Below are positions 1 through 11,501 of a stretch of DNA of 50,395 bases, one piece after another (positions within the stretch are counted from its first letter, which is position 1; each line of letters opens with the position of its first letter). The notes below the pieces were generated by a model, which had not been told where the DNA came from, did not search any database, and was given only the letters and a program-made list of their open reading frames with translations. Both the position numbers and the translations under genes were made by a program. This DNA comes from Pseudolabrys sp. (GTDB taxonomy: Bacteria; Pseudomonadota; Alphaproteobacteria; Rhizobiales; Xanthobacteraceae), in the NCBI GenBank assembly GCA_035277565.1, contig DATEKG010000235.1, positions 1 to 50,395 of the forward strand. Reading direction: 5' to 3'.

Positions 1-1779
<1,779 letters not shown>

Positions 1780-1858
1780 CACTTCGTTCATGAAGCACTT
1801 CGACCGTCGCTCCGCGACCGAAAAGCAATTTTTAAATGCTGCCGATCGATGATGCGAA

Positions 1859-2833
1859 ATGGACAAGACGGCGGCCGTTTCAACATCACAACGCCACGCT
1901 CGATTGATCTGGTGGCTCATCGCCTCGATGGCGGCAGCAACCACCGTAAGTTTTCTATTTGCCGGGTTAAGTGTCGATCTCAAAAGCAATCTGGCGCTGT
2001 TGGTCGTCTTTTTGATCATCTTTGCGGTCAATTGGCTTTACCGCACAGTTCGTCCTGATCCTCACCTCGCTGCCCTGACCGAAATCAGCGGACAGATCTT
2101 GTTGATTCTGCTGTTCGGCATTCTGCTCAGTTACGCGGCGGTGACCGTCAACCTTCCCTATGTCGATGCGGTACTCTATTCGATCGACAATTCACTCGGC
2201 TTCGATCGCCACAAATATCTTGATTTTTTTGCACATCGACCATGGCTCGCTTACGCAATCCACGCCGCGTATCATTGCATGCTGCCGCAGTTCGCGCTGG
2301 TGCCTGTCGTGATGTTCTTTGCTATGCCGATCGAACGGCTACAAACGATGATGATTGCGATAGTGATCGCGCTGTTGATGACCACCGCGGTATCGGTGTT
2401 CACGCCTTCGCTCACCGCCTTTGTCCATGTCGACCTGCCACAGATGTCGCATGTTCCGCCGGGACTTTACACGCCGGAAGCCACGATGGAGGGGCTGCGC
2501 GCCGGCACATTCAGAGTCATTAGGCTCGACAATCTCGAGGGGTTGATCAGCTTCCCCAGCTTTCACACGACAGCGGCGCTGATCTTCATCTGGACCGTCT
2601 GCACGGTACCTTACGTGCGGTGGGCCTCGGTGATCGTCAACCTGGCGCTGATCTCGGCAACGCCGATCGACGGCGCACACTATTTTGTTGATGTCATCGG
2701 CGGATTCGCGGTCGCCGGCATTGCAATCTTCGTTGGCGTCGCCTTATCCCGTCATGCTTCCCGGACGTCAGCCGGATTAATGACCGCCCGCGCTGAAATC
2801 GGCCTGGATAGGACGACAATACGCGGCCGATAA
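1859..2833 (+). CDS. PAP2-superfamily integral membrane protein (PAP2_3 / Aur1-Ipt1-like phosphotransferase or phosphatase)
   Basis: Many hydrophobic segments; catalytic-type motifs SFPSFH and GAHYFVDVIGG. Confidence 0.8.
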   Translation: MDKTAAVSTSQRHARLIWWLIASMAAATTVSFLFAGLSVDLKSNLALLVVFLIIFAVNWLYRTVRPDPHLAALTEISGQILLILLFGILLSYAAVTVNLPYVDAVLYSIDNSLGFDRHKYLDFFAHRPWLAYAIHAAYHCMLPQFALVPVVMFFAMPIERLQTMMIAIVIALLMTTAVSVFTPSLTAFVHVDLPQMSHVPPGLYTPEATMEGLRAGTFRVIRLDNLEGLISFPSFHTTAALIFIWTVCTVPYVRWASVIVNLALISATPIDGAHYFVDVIGGFAVAGIAIFVGVALSRHASRTSAGLMTARAEIGLDRTTIRGR

Positions 2834-2916
2834 CGGACTGCGTTCATCCACGTCAACGCTGCTCCTTGAATATTCGACCGGCCAAGACGTCCAGCCTCAT
2901 CAGCCAAACGGATGAT

Positions 2917-2953
2917 CGCTGAACGCCGGCACTGCCGGCTAATTCGTTCAGCG
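2917..2953. repeat. Inverted repeat/hairpin between the PAP2 and di-haem genes
   Basis: CGCTGAACG (2917-2925) and CGTTCAGCG (2945-2953) are perfect 9-bp arms around an inner CCGGC-ACT-GCCGG stem. No U-tract follows. Confidence 0.5.
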
Positions 2954-3059
2954 GACGCGCCTGGTAACGGGCTCCGATAAATTTTTCGAAGGCCCCAGGG
3001 TTGAATTTCCGTCTAGCCACAGTCTTCGGGTCGACCTGAAAACTTCGGAGATCGTCATC

Positions 3060-4700
3060 ATGAACCCACGTCTCAATATTTCGAGCAGCACATCTGCTGC
3101 TTCGAGAATCCTCCTGTTCGGTTTGGCCTTTGCATGTCTGGCGCCAGACCCGTCAGCAACCGCACAAACCGCGCCGCAGACCGCGGGCATGCCGGAATTT
3201 GCACCGGCCATGATCGAGCACATGCGCAAGATGCGCCGCTACAGAGACTACGACCACGGCGAGCAGGAAACGCCGCGAATGATCGACCGATTCTCGGCTG
3301 ACCGCAACGACAAGGGCGTGGTCGCAACTTTTCAGCCCGGCGGCGCCACGATCACCTCGAACAATGCATTTTTCAAAAACATGGGCGTGAACGGCAGAAC
3401 GTGCTTCACCTGCCATCAGCCACAGAGCGGCTGGTCCATTGTCCCACGCGACGTTGCCGAGCGCTTTGAACGAAGCCGCGGCGGCGATCCCATTTTCCGG
3501 CTGGTCGACGGAGCCACCTGTCCAAGCGACGATGTTTCAACGCTTCGGGCAAAACGCAGGGCCTACAAGTTGCTCATCGAGAAAGGCCTGATTCGTATCG
3601 GGCTTGCGATTCCGGCAACGACAGAATTTGCAGTAACCGCAATCGATGATCCTTACGGATGCAACACGAGTCCCGCAACCGGCATCGTCACCGCAAGCTC
3701 CGGCGTGATTTCAACTTACCGCCGTCCATTACCATCGACCAATATCGGTTTCCTGAGCACGATCATGTGGGATGGCCGGGAAGCAAGCTTCGAAGCCCAG
3801 GCCGTGGATGCAACGCTCGGCCACGCGCAGGCTACGACGCCGCCTACACCGGACCAGGTCGCACAAATCGTCGCGTTCCAACGCGGCATCTTCACAGCGC
3901 AGATTTTCGACAAGAAAGCGAAATTCCTGACCGACGATAACGCCAGGGGCGGTCCGTCTTCGCTGTCGACCCAACAGTTCTTCATCGGAATCAACGATCC
4001 GCTTGGCAACAATCCGACCAAGTCTCCTTTCACTTCGCAGATTTTTGATCTGTACAGGCCCTGGCTGAGTGCAGGAAGCAATCATCACTACAACGATCAC
4101 CATGAGTCGATGGGCGGCGAAGAGCTCCTCAGAAAGGTCAACGCTGATGACGATTGGCGTCACAACGACCACGAACGCGATATGGTCAGCGAACATCGGC
4201 GTTCCGTGGCCCGCGGCGAGGAAGTCTTCAACACCAAAGGATTCAACATCACCGGGGTTTCTGGCCTCAACGACGATCTCAACGTACCGAGCATCCCGGG
4301 ATTTTGCGGCACATGTCACGACGCACCGAACGTCGGCGACCACTCGGTCAAGGCTCCGCTGGACATCGGCGTGCCCGATGCCGGCGACAACAAGCCTCCA
4401 GTACTTGACATTGCAGGTCTTCCGGTTTTCACGGTGACCTGCCAACTCCAGGACGGGCCGCTTGCCGGCAAGGTCTACAAGGTCACTGACCTGGGGCGCG
4501 CCATGATCAGCGGCAAGTGCAAGGACATCGGCCGGTTCAAGGGGCCGATCCTGCGCGGCCTGGCGTCGCGGGCGCCGTATTTCCATAACGGTGCGGCGGC
4601 AACATTGCGGGATGTCGTTGATTTCTACGACCAGCGCTTCGCGATCGGGCTCACTCACAAGGAAAAGACCGACCTGGTCAATTTCCTGAATACGCTCTGA
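3060..4700 (+). CDS. Secreted di-haem cytochrome c peroxidase/MauG-superfamily protein
   Basis: N-terminal signal-like segment; two CxxCH motifs (CFTCH nt 3402-3416, CGTCH nt 4305-4319); MWDGR; C-terminal GRFKGPILRGLASRAPYFHNG...LRDVVDFY; GGAG upstream. Confidence 0.8.
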   Translation: MNPRLNISSSTSAASRILLFGLAFACLAPDPSATAQTAPQTAGMPEFAPAMIEHMRKMRRYRDYDHGEQETPRMIDRFSADRNDKGVVATFQPGGATITSNNAFFKNMGVNGRTCFTCHQPQSGWSIVPRDVAERFERSRGGDPIFRLVDGATCPSDDVSTLRAKRRAYKLLIEKGLIRIGLAIPATTEFAVTAIDDPYGCNTSPATGIVTASSGVISTYRRPLPSTNIGFLSTIMWDGREASFEAQAVDATLGHAQATTPPTPDQVAQIVAFQRGIFTAQIFDKKAKFLTDDNARGGPSSLSTQQFFIGINDPLGNNPTKSPFTSQIFDLYRPWLSAGSNHHYNDHHESMGGEELLRKVNADDDWRHNDHERDMVSEHRRSVARGEEVFNTKGFNITGVSGLNDDLNVPSIPGFCGTCHDAPNVGDHSVKAPLDIGVPDAGDNKPPVLDIAGLPVFTVTCQLQDGPLAGKVYKVTDLGRAMISGKCKDIGRFKGPILRGLASRAPYFHNGAAATLRDVVDFYDQRFAIGLTHKEKTDLVNFLNTL

Positions 4701-4722
4701 TCACCCGCAACCCGCCGTAACG

Positions 4723-4751
4723 AAATGGCCGGGCAAATGCCCGGCCATTTT
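4723..4751. terminator. Probable bidirectional intrinsic terminator between the convergent di-haem gene and rho
   Basis: AAATGGCCGGGC-AAAT-GCCCGGCCATTT is a perfect 12-bp stem ending in short T runs on both strands. Confidence 0.75.
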
Positions 4752-4771
4752 CAATTCCAGCGTCTCGAAAA

Positions 4772-6037
4772 CTAGGTATTCATCGACTCGAAGAATTCGG
4801 CGTTGTTCTTCGTGTTACGCAGTTTGTCCAGCAGGAAGTCGATGGCGTCCATGGTGCCCATCGGATTCAGGATGCGGCGCAGAACATACATTTTCTTGAG
4901 AATTCCCGACTCGGTGAGCAGCTCTTCCTTGCGGGTGCCGGACCGAGTGATGTCGATGGCCGGGAATGTCCGCTTGTCGGCCACCTTGCGGTCGAGAATG
5001 AGCTCCGAGTTGCCGGTACCCTTGAATTCTTCGAAAATCACTTCGTCCATGCGGCTGCCGGTGTCGATCAGCGCTGTCGCAATGATGGTAAGCGAGCCGC
5101 CTTCCTCGATATTACGTGCGGCACCGAAGAAGCGCTTGGGGCGCTGCAGGGCGTTGGCGTCAACGCCGCCGGTGAGAACCTTGCCGGAGGAGGGGACGAC
5201 CGTATTGTAGGCGCGGCCGAGGCGCGTGATCGAATCGAGAAGGATGACCACATCGCGCTGGTGCTCGACCAGCCGCTTGGCTTTTTCAATGACCATTTCC
5301 GCAACCTGCACGTGACGCGAAGCCGGTTCGTCGAAGGTCGAGGAGATCACTTCGCCCTTCACGGAGCGTTGCATATCGGTGACTTCTTCGGGACGTTCGT
5401 CGATCAGCAGTACGATCAGATAGGTCTCGGGATGATTTGCGGTGATCGAATGGGCGATATTCTGCAGCAGCACGGTTTTTCCGGTCCGTGGCGGTGAAAC
5501 GATCAGGGCGCGTTGGCCCTTGCCGATCGGAGCCACAATATCGATGACACGTGCCGAAAGATCCTTTTTGGTCGGATCGTCGTATTCCATCTTCAGCCGC
5601 TCATCGGGGTAGAGCGGCGTCAGGTTGTCGAAATTTACCTTGTGCCGAGCCTTCTCGGGATCCTCGAAATTGATCGTGTTGACTTTGAGCAGCGCGAAAT
5701 AACGTTCGCCTTCCTTCGGCGAGCGGATATGACCCTCGACAGTGTCGCCTGTGCGCAGGCCGAAACGCCGGATCTGACTCGGTGAAACGTAGATATCATC
5801 CGGACCAGAGAGATAGTTTGATTCCGGCGAGCGTAAGAAACCGAAACCGTCTGAAAGCACTTCGACGACGCCTTCGCCGATAATGTCGACTTCCTGGGTC
5901 GCAAGTTGTTTGAGGATCGCAAACATCAGCTCCTGCTTGCGCATGGTGCTGGCGTTTTCGACCTGGTGTTCTTCGGCGAACGCGACGAGTTCGGCAGGTG
6001 TCTTGGACTTAAGGTCCTGGAGTTTCATTTCCCGCAT
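4772..6037 (-). CDS. rho: Transcription termination factor Rho (421 aa; start trimmed to [10 protein letters not shown])
   Basis: [11 protein letters not shown]-binding motif, PIGKGQR, P-loop [33 protein letters not shown]. Confidence 0.98.
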   Translation of the reverse strand: MREMKLQDLKSKTPAELVAFAEEHQVENASTMRKQELMFAILKQLATQEVDIIGEGVVEVLSDGFGFLRSPESNYLSGPDDIYVSPSQIRRFGLRTGDTVEGHIRSPKEGERYFALLKVNTINFEDPEKARHKVNFDNLTPLYPDERLKMEYDDPTKKDLSARVIDIVAPIGKGQRALIVSPPRTGKTVLLQNIAHSITANHPETYLIVLLIDERPEEVTDMQRSVKGEVISSTFDEPASRHVQVAEMVIEKAKRLVEHQRDVVILLDSITRLGRAYNTVVPSSGKVLTGGVDANALQRPKRFFGAARNIEEGGSLTIIATALIDTGSRMDEVIFEEFKGTGNSELILDRKVADKRTFPAIDITRSGTRKEELLTESGILKKMYVLRRILNPMGTMDAIDFLLDKLRNTKNNAEFFESMNT

Positions 6038-6294
6038 TGGGGGGTTACGTCCTTGGGAGCTTGGCCGGCGAAAGTTTGAAAAGAAAAACTTGCGCCGTGA
6101 CTTGGGAGAGATCGCAGGTCTTGGGTAACGAGGATTTGGAAAAAGGCCCGGAACCCGATGCTGCGACCGGCCCAATCACTTAGGGAGCCGGAACGCGACT
6201 GCATCCGCCTGCGTTCGGTGGGATGCCTCAACATAAGTTGAGCCAGGCCTTCGTGCAAGAGGCCGAAGCATGTGTACGCAATTGTGGGGACGAG

Positions 6295-6726
6295 CTAGAA
6301 CGGCTTGACGGTCGCGAGAACCACAATGATGATCAGGAGAACTGTCGGTATCTCATTGATAATCCTATAGAACTTTTGGGTATGGGAATTTCGGTCGTAG
6401 CGGAATTCGTTTACCCAATGTGCAAAAAGCCCGTGCAGGATTGTCATCGCGACGACCGCAATGAATTTTGCGTGGAACCATCCGGCACCGACCCACTGAC
6501 CCAGGAACACGAGCACGATACCGGCAATCCAGGTCACGGCCATGGCCGGCAGCATGATGTAGCTGAGCAGGCGGTTCTCCATCGTCTTGAAGGTTTCGGA
6601 CTGCGCAGATCTGGCGTCGCACGCGGCATGATAGACGAACAGCCGTGGTAGATAGAGCATGCCTACCATCCACGCGATGACGGCAATGATGTGCAGCGCT
6701 TTCAACCACAAATAAGCCGAGCTCAT
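6295..6726 (-). CDS. hemJ: Protoporphyrinogen IX oxidase HemJ
   Basis: [29 protein letters not shown]...KPF. ATGA overlap with the hemE stop. Confidence 0.95.
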   Translation of the reverse strand: MSSAYLWLKALHIIAVIAWMVGMLYLPRLFVYHAACDARSAQSETFKTMENRLLSYIMLPAMAVTWIAGIVLVFLGQWVGAGWFHAKFIAVVAMTILHGLFAHWVNEFRYDRNSHTQKFYRIINEIPTVLLIIIVVLATVKPF

Positions 6727-7745
6727 CCGCGCACTCGCTTGAGCATCCGCTCGACGTGCTCGACGGGAGTTTCGGGCAAAATGCCATGACCGAGATTGAA
6801 GATCAGCGGTCCGTCACCCAACTCCTTCATCACATCGTCAACTTCCCGATCAAGCGCAGAACCACCAGCCAGAAGCGCAAGCGGGTCGACATTGCCCTGC
6901 ACCGGAACCCGCGCCTGCAGCGTATCGCGTACAATCGACCGCGCAAATGTCCAATCGATTCCGATAGCGCTCACGTTCGTCATCTCGACATAAGGCAATG
7001 ACATTGCACCCGCGCCACGCGGGAAGCCTATGATCTTCGCTTGCGCGATTTGGCGGCGCACGCCTTCAATGATCTTCTGCGTGGGAGCAACGCACCACCG
7101 CTCAAACTGTTCAGGGCCTAATACACCAGCCCAGGTATCGAATATCTGCACACAGTCTGCGCCGGCCTTCAGCTGGCCGATCAGGTAATCGATCGATGCT
7201 TCAACGAGACGCTCGATCAAACGTGAAAAATTCTGGGGATCTCGCAAGGCAAAAAGCCGCGCCGGCCCCTGGTCCGGCGTCGCTTCACCCGCGACCATAT
7301 ATGTCGCAACTGTCCAGGGCGCGCCGCAAAATCCTATGAGTGCTGTACGGGCATCAAGTGAAGCTCTTACCTCAGCCACAGTCTGATAGATCGGAGCGAG
7401 CCTGTTCTGGTCAACACACTCGGCAAGATTATCTACCGCAATGCCATCCTTCATCGGGTCAAGTCTTGGCCCTTCTCCCGCGACAAATCGCACATCCCGG
7501 CCAAGCGCAAGCGGCACCACGAGAATATCGGAGAACAGTATTGCAGCATCAAATCCAAAGCGACGGACCGGCTGTAAAGTTACTTCGGCCGCGAGCTTCG
7601 GATTGAAGCAAAGATCGAAAAAACCGCCGGCCTTCTCGCGCACGGCCCGGTATTCAGGCAAATAGCGGCCGGCCTGGCGCATCAACCAGACCGGCGGGAT
7701 AACTTCGCGTCTGCCCGCAAGCACACGCAGGAGCTTTTTCCCCAT
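6723..7745 (-). CDS. hemE: Uroporphyrinogen decarboxylase (start probably 7745, possibly 7772; the ORF extension to 7865 runs into oriC)
   Basis: [57 protein letters not shown]. Confidence 0.97.
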   Translation of the reverse strand: MGKKLLRVLAGRREVIPPVWLMRQAGRYLPEYRAVREKAGGFFDLCFNPKLAAEVTLQPVRRFGFDAAILFSDILVVPLALGRDVRFVAGEGPRLDPMKDGIAVDNLAECVDQNRLAPIYQTVAEVRASLDARTALIGFCGAPWTVATYMVAGEATPDQGPARLFALRDPQNFSRLIERLVEASIDYLIGQLKAGADCVQIFDTWAGVLGPEQFERWCVAPTQKIIEGVRRQIAQAKIIGFPRGAGAMSLPYVEMTNVSAIGIDWTFARSIVRDTLQARVPVQGNVDPLALLAGGSALDREVDDVMKELGDGPLIFNLGHGILPETPVEHVERMLKRVRG

Positions 7746-7769
7746 GGCACCTGCCGATCCGGCTTCTTG

Positions 7770-8110
7770 CATAAATACTCTATCTAAGAATCTGTTGTAG
7801 TTACTGGAGCGTTGATTGGACTCATGCCCTTCGCTCAACATCCTGTCCACCGGTTGGGCTGACATGATCCAGATTCACGCTTAATCCCGTCTTGGCCAAT
7901 CCACAGTTCTGAGCCTCTAAATACAGGCGATTCAGAGGGGTGTCCCCACTGATCCCCAGCGTTCTATTCACATCGGAGCGACAGTCGTCGAGCGAGCGTC
8001 AAAACTCATCCCGGCGGCAGATGTGTGGATCGATATTGAAAGAAGCGTGGGTGGCGGCTTGCCTGCGGGGTCAAGGCATGGCCTCCTCCCGTTCTGTCCA
8101 CATGCTTTCC
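7770..8110. other. oriC: Probable chromosomal replication origin (oriC)
   Basis: Lies between divergent hemE and DUF299, the known alphaproteobacterial oriC position. AT-rich tract 7771-7803. GANTC at 7788, 7819, 7872, 7929. DnaA-box-like 9-mers: CTGTCCACC 7843, TGATCCAGA 7865, CAATCCACA 7897, GTGTCCCCA 7940, TGATCCCCA 7950, CTATTCACA 7964, CGATCCACA (minus) 8024-8032, CTGTCCACA 8094. Confidence 0.85.
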
Positions 8111-8123
8111 GGCGAATATACAG

Positions 8124-8957
8124 ATGCCTGACACAGGTTATTTCCATCTCCATCTGGTGTCCGATGCGACAGGCGAAACTCTGATTACGGTCGCTCGGGC
8201 CGCTGCGGCGCAGTATGCGAATGTGTCACCGGTCGAGCATCTCTATCCGATGGTGCGGTCGAAAAAGCAGCTCGACAATGCCTTGGCGGAAATCACCGAC
8301 TCGCCGGGTCTCGTTCTCTACACCCTGCTGGAAGAGGATCTCATTGAAGCGCTCGAGCGCAAATGCCGAGAGCTCGGACTTCCATGCATGTCCATCCTGG
8401 GTCCCGTGCTACGCCTGTTCCAATCCTATCTCGGTACCGAGACGATCCACCGGGCCGGCGCCCAGCACGTCCTCAATGCCGAGTATTTTCAGCGTATCGA
8501 TGCCCTGAACTACACCATGCTGCACGACGATGGGCAGCATGTGGAAGGCCTTGAGGACGCCGACGTCGTGCTCGTGGGTGTGTCGCGCACCTCGAAAACT
8601 CCAACCTCGATTTACCTGGCAAACCGCGGCATCAAGACCGGCAACGTGCCGCTGGTTCCACGGGTTCCGCTGGCCCCTCACGTCGAAAGGCTTGCGCGAC
8701 CGCTTGTGGTCGGTCTTTATGCCAGCCCGGAGCGCATTGTGCAGATTCGCGAGAACAGACTGCTTGGGTTGAAGGCCCACCGCGACGATGATCAATACAT
8801 CGACAAGGCGGCCGTTGCCGAAGAGGTTTCGTTTTCGCGCCGTCTTTGCACAAAGCACAATTGGCCGACAATTGACGTGACTCGGCGATCGATCGAAGAA
8901 ACCGCCGCCGCGGTCATGCGGCTCCTTAGCGAGCGGCGCCGGCACCCGATGACGTAA
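8124..8957 (+). CDS. Pyruvate,phosphate/water dikinase regulatory kinase-pyrophosphorylase (DUF299)
   Basis: [43 protein letters not shown]. Confidence 0.95.
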   Translation: MPDTGYFHLHLVSDATGETLITVARAAAAQYANVSPVEHLYPMVRSKKQLDNALAEITDSPGLVLYTLLEEDLIEALERKCRELGLPCMSILGPVLRLFQSYLGTETIHRAGAQHVLNAEYFQRIDALNYTMLHDDGQHVEGLEDADVVLVGVSRTSKTPTSIYLANRGIKTGNVPLVPRVPLAPHVERLARPLVVGLYASPERIVQIRENRLLGLKAHRDDDQYIDKAAVAEEVSFSRRLCTKHNWPTIDVTRRSIEETAAAVMRLLSERRRHPMT

Positions 8958-8960
8958 CCC

Positions 8961-9569
8961 ATGGCGCTCTGGCTATCTCCGCAGCCGCTTGTACTGGCGT
9001 CAAGAAGCGATATTCGCGGGAAAATTCTTGCGGCGGCGGGCCTGCGTTTTGAGATCAGGCCTTCCAATGTGGACGAACGCGCAGTGGAAGCTAAGACGAA
9101 GCTCGAGGATGCGGCGGCCGCTGCGCGTCATCTCGCGCACGCCAAGGCCGCGGCCATTGCGTCCTCGCAAGCGGGACGAATTGTGCTTGGCGCCGACCAG
9201 ACGCTGGCGCGCGGAGCACGGCGTTTCACAAAGCCGACAAATCGTGCCGCCGCGGCCGAACAATTGCGCGATTTGCGCGGCCGGACTCACGAATTGCATT
9301 CCGCGCTTGCGCTTGTCAGAGATGGAACCATGCTGTTTTCGTGCGTCGACACCGCGCGGCTGACCATGCGCGATTTTTCCGACCAATATCTTGAGAACTA
9401 TCTCGACATGGCAGGAAACGCGGCATTCAACAGTGTCGGCGGTTACCAGCTTGAGGGTATCGGAGTTCATCTGTTCGAGCGGATCGAAGGTGACTACTTT
9501 ACCATTCTCGGCCTGCCACTCCTGCCGCTGCTCGCATTTCTGCGGGAAAATAAATTCATCGACAGCTGA
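8961..9569 (+). CDS. maf: Maf-family nucleoside triphosphate pyrophosphatase (YceF-like signature)
   Basis: LVLAS.S..R, VDER, GADQ, GGYQLEG, GDYFTILGLPL. Confidence 0.92.
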   Translation: MALWLSPQPLVLASRSDIRGKILAAAGLRFEIRPSNVDERAVEAKTKLEDAAAAARHLAHAKAAAIASSQAGRIVLGADQTLARGARRFTKPTNRAAAAEQLRDLRGRTHELHSALALVRDGTMLFSCVDTARLTMRDFSDQYLENYLDMAGNAAFNSVGGYQLEGIGVHLFERIEGDYFTILGLPLLPLLAFLRENKFIDS

Positions 9570-9572
9570 CAC

Positions 9573-10172
9573 ATGTTCATTCTCGGTCTCACCGGCTCGC
9601 TTGGCATGGGCAAATCGACCACCGCGAAATTTTTTGCCGAGGAGGGGGTCCCGGTTCATGACGCCGATGCGGCGGTTCACCGCCTCTACGAAGGCGAAGC
9701 GGCGGCGCAAATCGAGGCGGTATTTCCCGGCACAACTGCCGGCGGCATGGTCGATCGCAATATACTGGCGCGCCATGTTCTCAACGACCAGGCGGCCATG
9801 CGGAAGCTGGAAGACATCGTGCACCCCCTGGTTCGGGCTTCCGAAGAACGTTTTCTGGCCGAGGCCGCGCGCAATAATGCCGCTGTCGCCGTGCTGGATA
9901 TCCCGCTGCTGTTTGAGACCGGCGGCGACGGGCGCTGCGACGCGGTCGTCGTGGTATCCGCACCCGCGGACATTCAGCGGACCCGCATGCTTGAACGGCC
10001 CGGCATGACAGAGCAGAAATTCGCCGCGATTCTCGCAAAGCAGATGCCGGACGAGGAAAAGCGCAAACGCGCTGATTTCGTGGTGGATACGTCAAAGGGT
10101 TTCGACAAGGCGCGTGTCCAAGTGCGTGATATTCTTTCGCGCATCGCTACAATGCCGAAACGGCGGCGGTGA
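9573..10172 (+). CDS. coaE: Dephospho-CoA kinase
   Basis: GLTGSLGMGKST P-loop, DADAAVH, IVHPLV, DIPLLFE, ADFVVD. Confidence 0.96.
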   Translation: MFILGLTGSLGMGKSTTAKFFAEEGVPVHDADAAVHRLYEGEAAAQIEAVFPGTTAGGMVDRNILARHVLNDQAAMRKLEDIVHPLVRASEERFLAEAARNNAAVAVLDIPLLFETGGDGRCDAVVVVSAPADIQRTRMLERPGMTEQKFAAILAKQMPDEEKRKRADFVVDTSKGFDKARVQVRDILSRIATMPKRRR

Positions 10173-10209
10173 TTCCGTCGCCAACAGGTAGCCAGGCCAC
10201 CACCCGACA

Positions 10210-10914
10210 ATGCGCGAAATCGTCGTCGATACGGAAACCACGGGCCTCGACCCTACGCAGGGCCATCGTCTGGTTGAAATCGGTTGCATCGAGCTGCTCA
10301 ACCGGATTCCGACCGGCGCCACGTTTCACGCTTATCTCAATCCCGAACGGGACATGCCAGCCGAGGCATTCGCTGTTCACGGCCTTTCCGAAGAGTTTCT
10401 GAAAGGCCACAAGCGTTTCATCGATGTTGCCGATGAGTTTCTTGCTTTTATCGGTGACGCGCCATTGGTGATCCATAATGCAGGCTTCGATCACGCGTTC
10501 CTTTGCGCCGAACTCAAGCGGATTGAACGCGCGCTGATCGCGCGTGAACGTCTTGTCGATACATTGTTGCTTGCGCGCCGCAAGCATCCCGCGGGTCCCA
10601 ATCGGCTCGACGACCTGTGCGCCAGATACGGAATCGACAATTCCCGGCGCACAAAACACGGGGCGCTGCTCGATGCCGAAATTCTGGCTGAAGTCTATGT
10701 CGAGCTGATCGGCGCCCGGCAGGCACAGCTTGGTCTCACCGAACTCGCGGAGCGGCGTCCGAACGGCGCCCATGGGGCCATCATAATCCACGAGCGCCCG
10801 GAACAATTGGCGCCGCGTCTGACCGCGGCCGAAGCGGCCGCGCATCGGGAATTTGTGGCCAGCCTTGGTGAAGACGCCCTGTGGCGCGCCTATCTTCCCG
10901 CCGACAGCCGATAA
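10210..10914 (+). CDS. dnaQ: DNA polymerase III epsilon subunit
   Basis: Exo motifs DTETTG, HNAGFD, HGALLDAE; clamp-binding-like QAQLGL. Confidence 0.97.
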   Translation: MREIVVDTETTGLDPTQGHRLVEIGCIELLNRIPTGATFHAYLNPERDMPAEAFAVHGLSEEFLKGHKRFIDVADEFLAFIGDAPLVIHNAGFDHAFLCAELKRIERALIARERLVDTLLLARRKHPAGPNRLDDLCARYGIDNSRRTKHGALLDAEILAEVYVELIGARQAQLGLTELAERRPNGAHGAIIIHERPEQLAPRLTAAEAAAHREFVASLGEDALWRAYLPADSR

Positions 10915-10915
10915 T

Positions 10916-11422
10916 TCAGCTGCTTGCAGCCGGCATCGCCCCGGGTTGCATCTGTGCCATTTTCTGCCGGTAGAGACCCACGAAATCCACCGGGTCAAGC
11001 AGAAGTGGCGGGAAACCACCATTGCGCACAGCTGTTGCAATGATTTCGCGCGCAAACGGAAAGAGCAACCGCGGGCATTCGATCATGACGACCGGGTTCA
11101 GACTTTCCTGCGGCACGTTGCGAATGCGGAATATGCCGGCAAATTCCAGATCGAACCGAAACAGCACGGAGTTGGATGTCTCAGCCTTGCCCTCAAGCTT
11201 GATGACGACTTCGATATCGGTTTCGGACAAGGGGTTCGCGCCGACATTGATCTGAATGCCGATCTGCGGCTGCTCCTGACGATTATTGAGAGACTTCGGC
11301 GCATTCGGATTTTCAAACGAGAAGTCCTTGATGTATTGGGCCACCACAGTAAGTTGCGGCTGGTCCGGTGCGGCGCCTTGCGGTGTGCCAGCTTGCGCCG
11401 GGCCTCCATTCGTCGTCGTCAT
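10916..11422 (-). CDS. secB: Protein-export chaperone SecB (start MTTTNGG)
   Basis: [35 protein letters not shown]; GGGAG RBS upstream. Confidence 0.96.
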   Translation of the reverse strand: MTTTNGGPAQAGTPQGAAPDQPQLTVVAQYIKDFSFENPNAPKSLNNRQEQPQIGIQINVGANPLSETDIEVVIKLEGKAETSNSVLFRFDLEFAGIFRIRNVPQESLNPVVMIECPRLLFPFAREIIATAVRNGGFPPLLLDPVDFVGLYRQKMAQMQPGAMPAASS

Positions 11423-11501
11423 GTAATCTCCCTCGCAGCGCCCCACAGCGCGCGCGCCGGTTGGCTAACATAGCGTGATTGATGGAACAAGAACGCGCGG
11501 G

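Noticed and set aside
4723-4751. Similarity of the hairpin to rhizobial REP-like ATGGCCGGG...CCCGGCCAT repeats
   Set aside because: Single copy in the window, and its position between convergent genes is explained by a terminator.
7773-8153. hemE N-terminal extension to 7865 and small ORFs 7940-8131 / 7968-8153
   Set aside because: They fall within the putative oriC, the HemE-like sequence begins near 7745, and they have no RBS or motif support.
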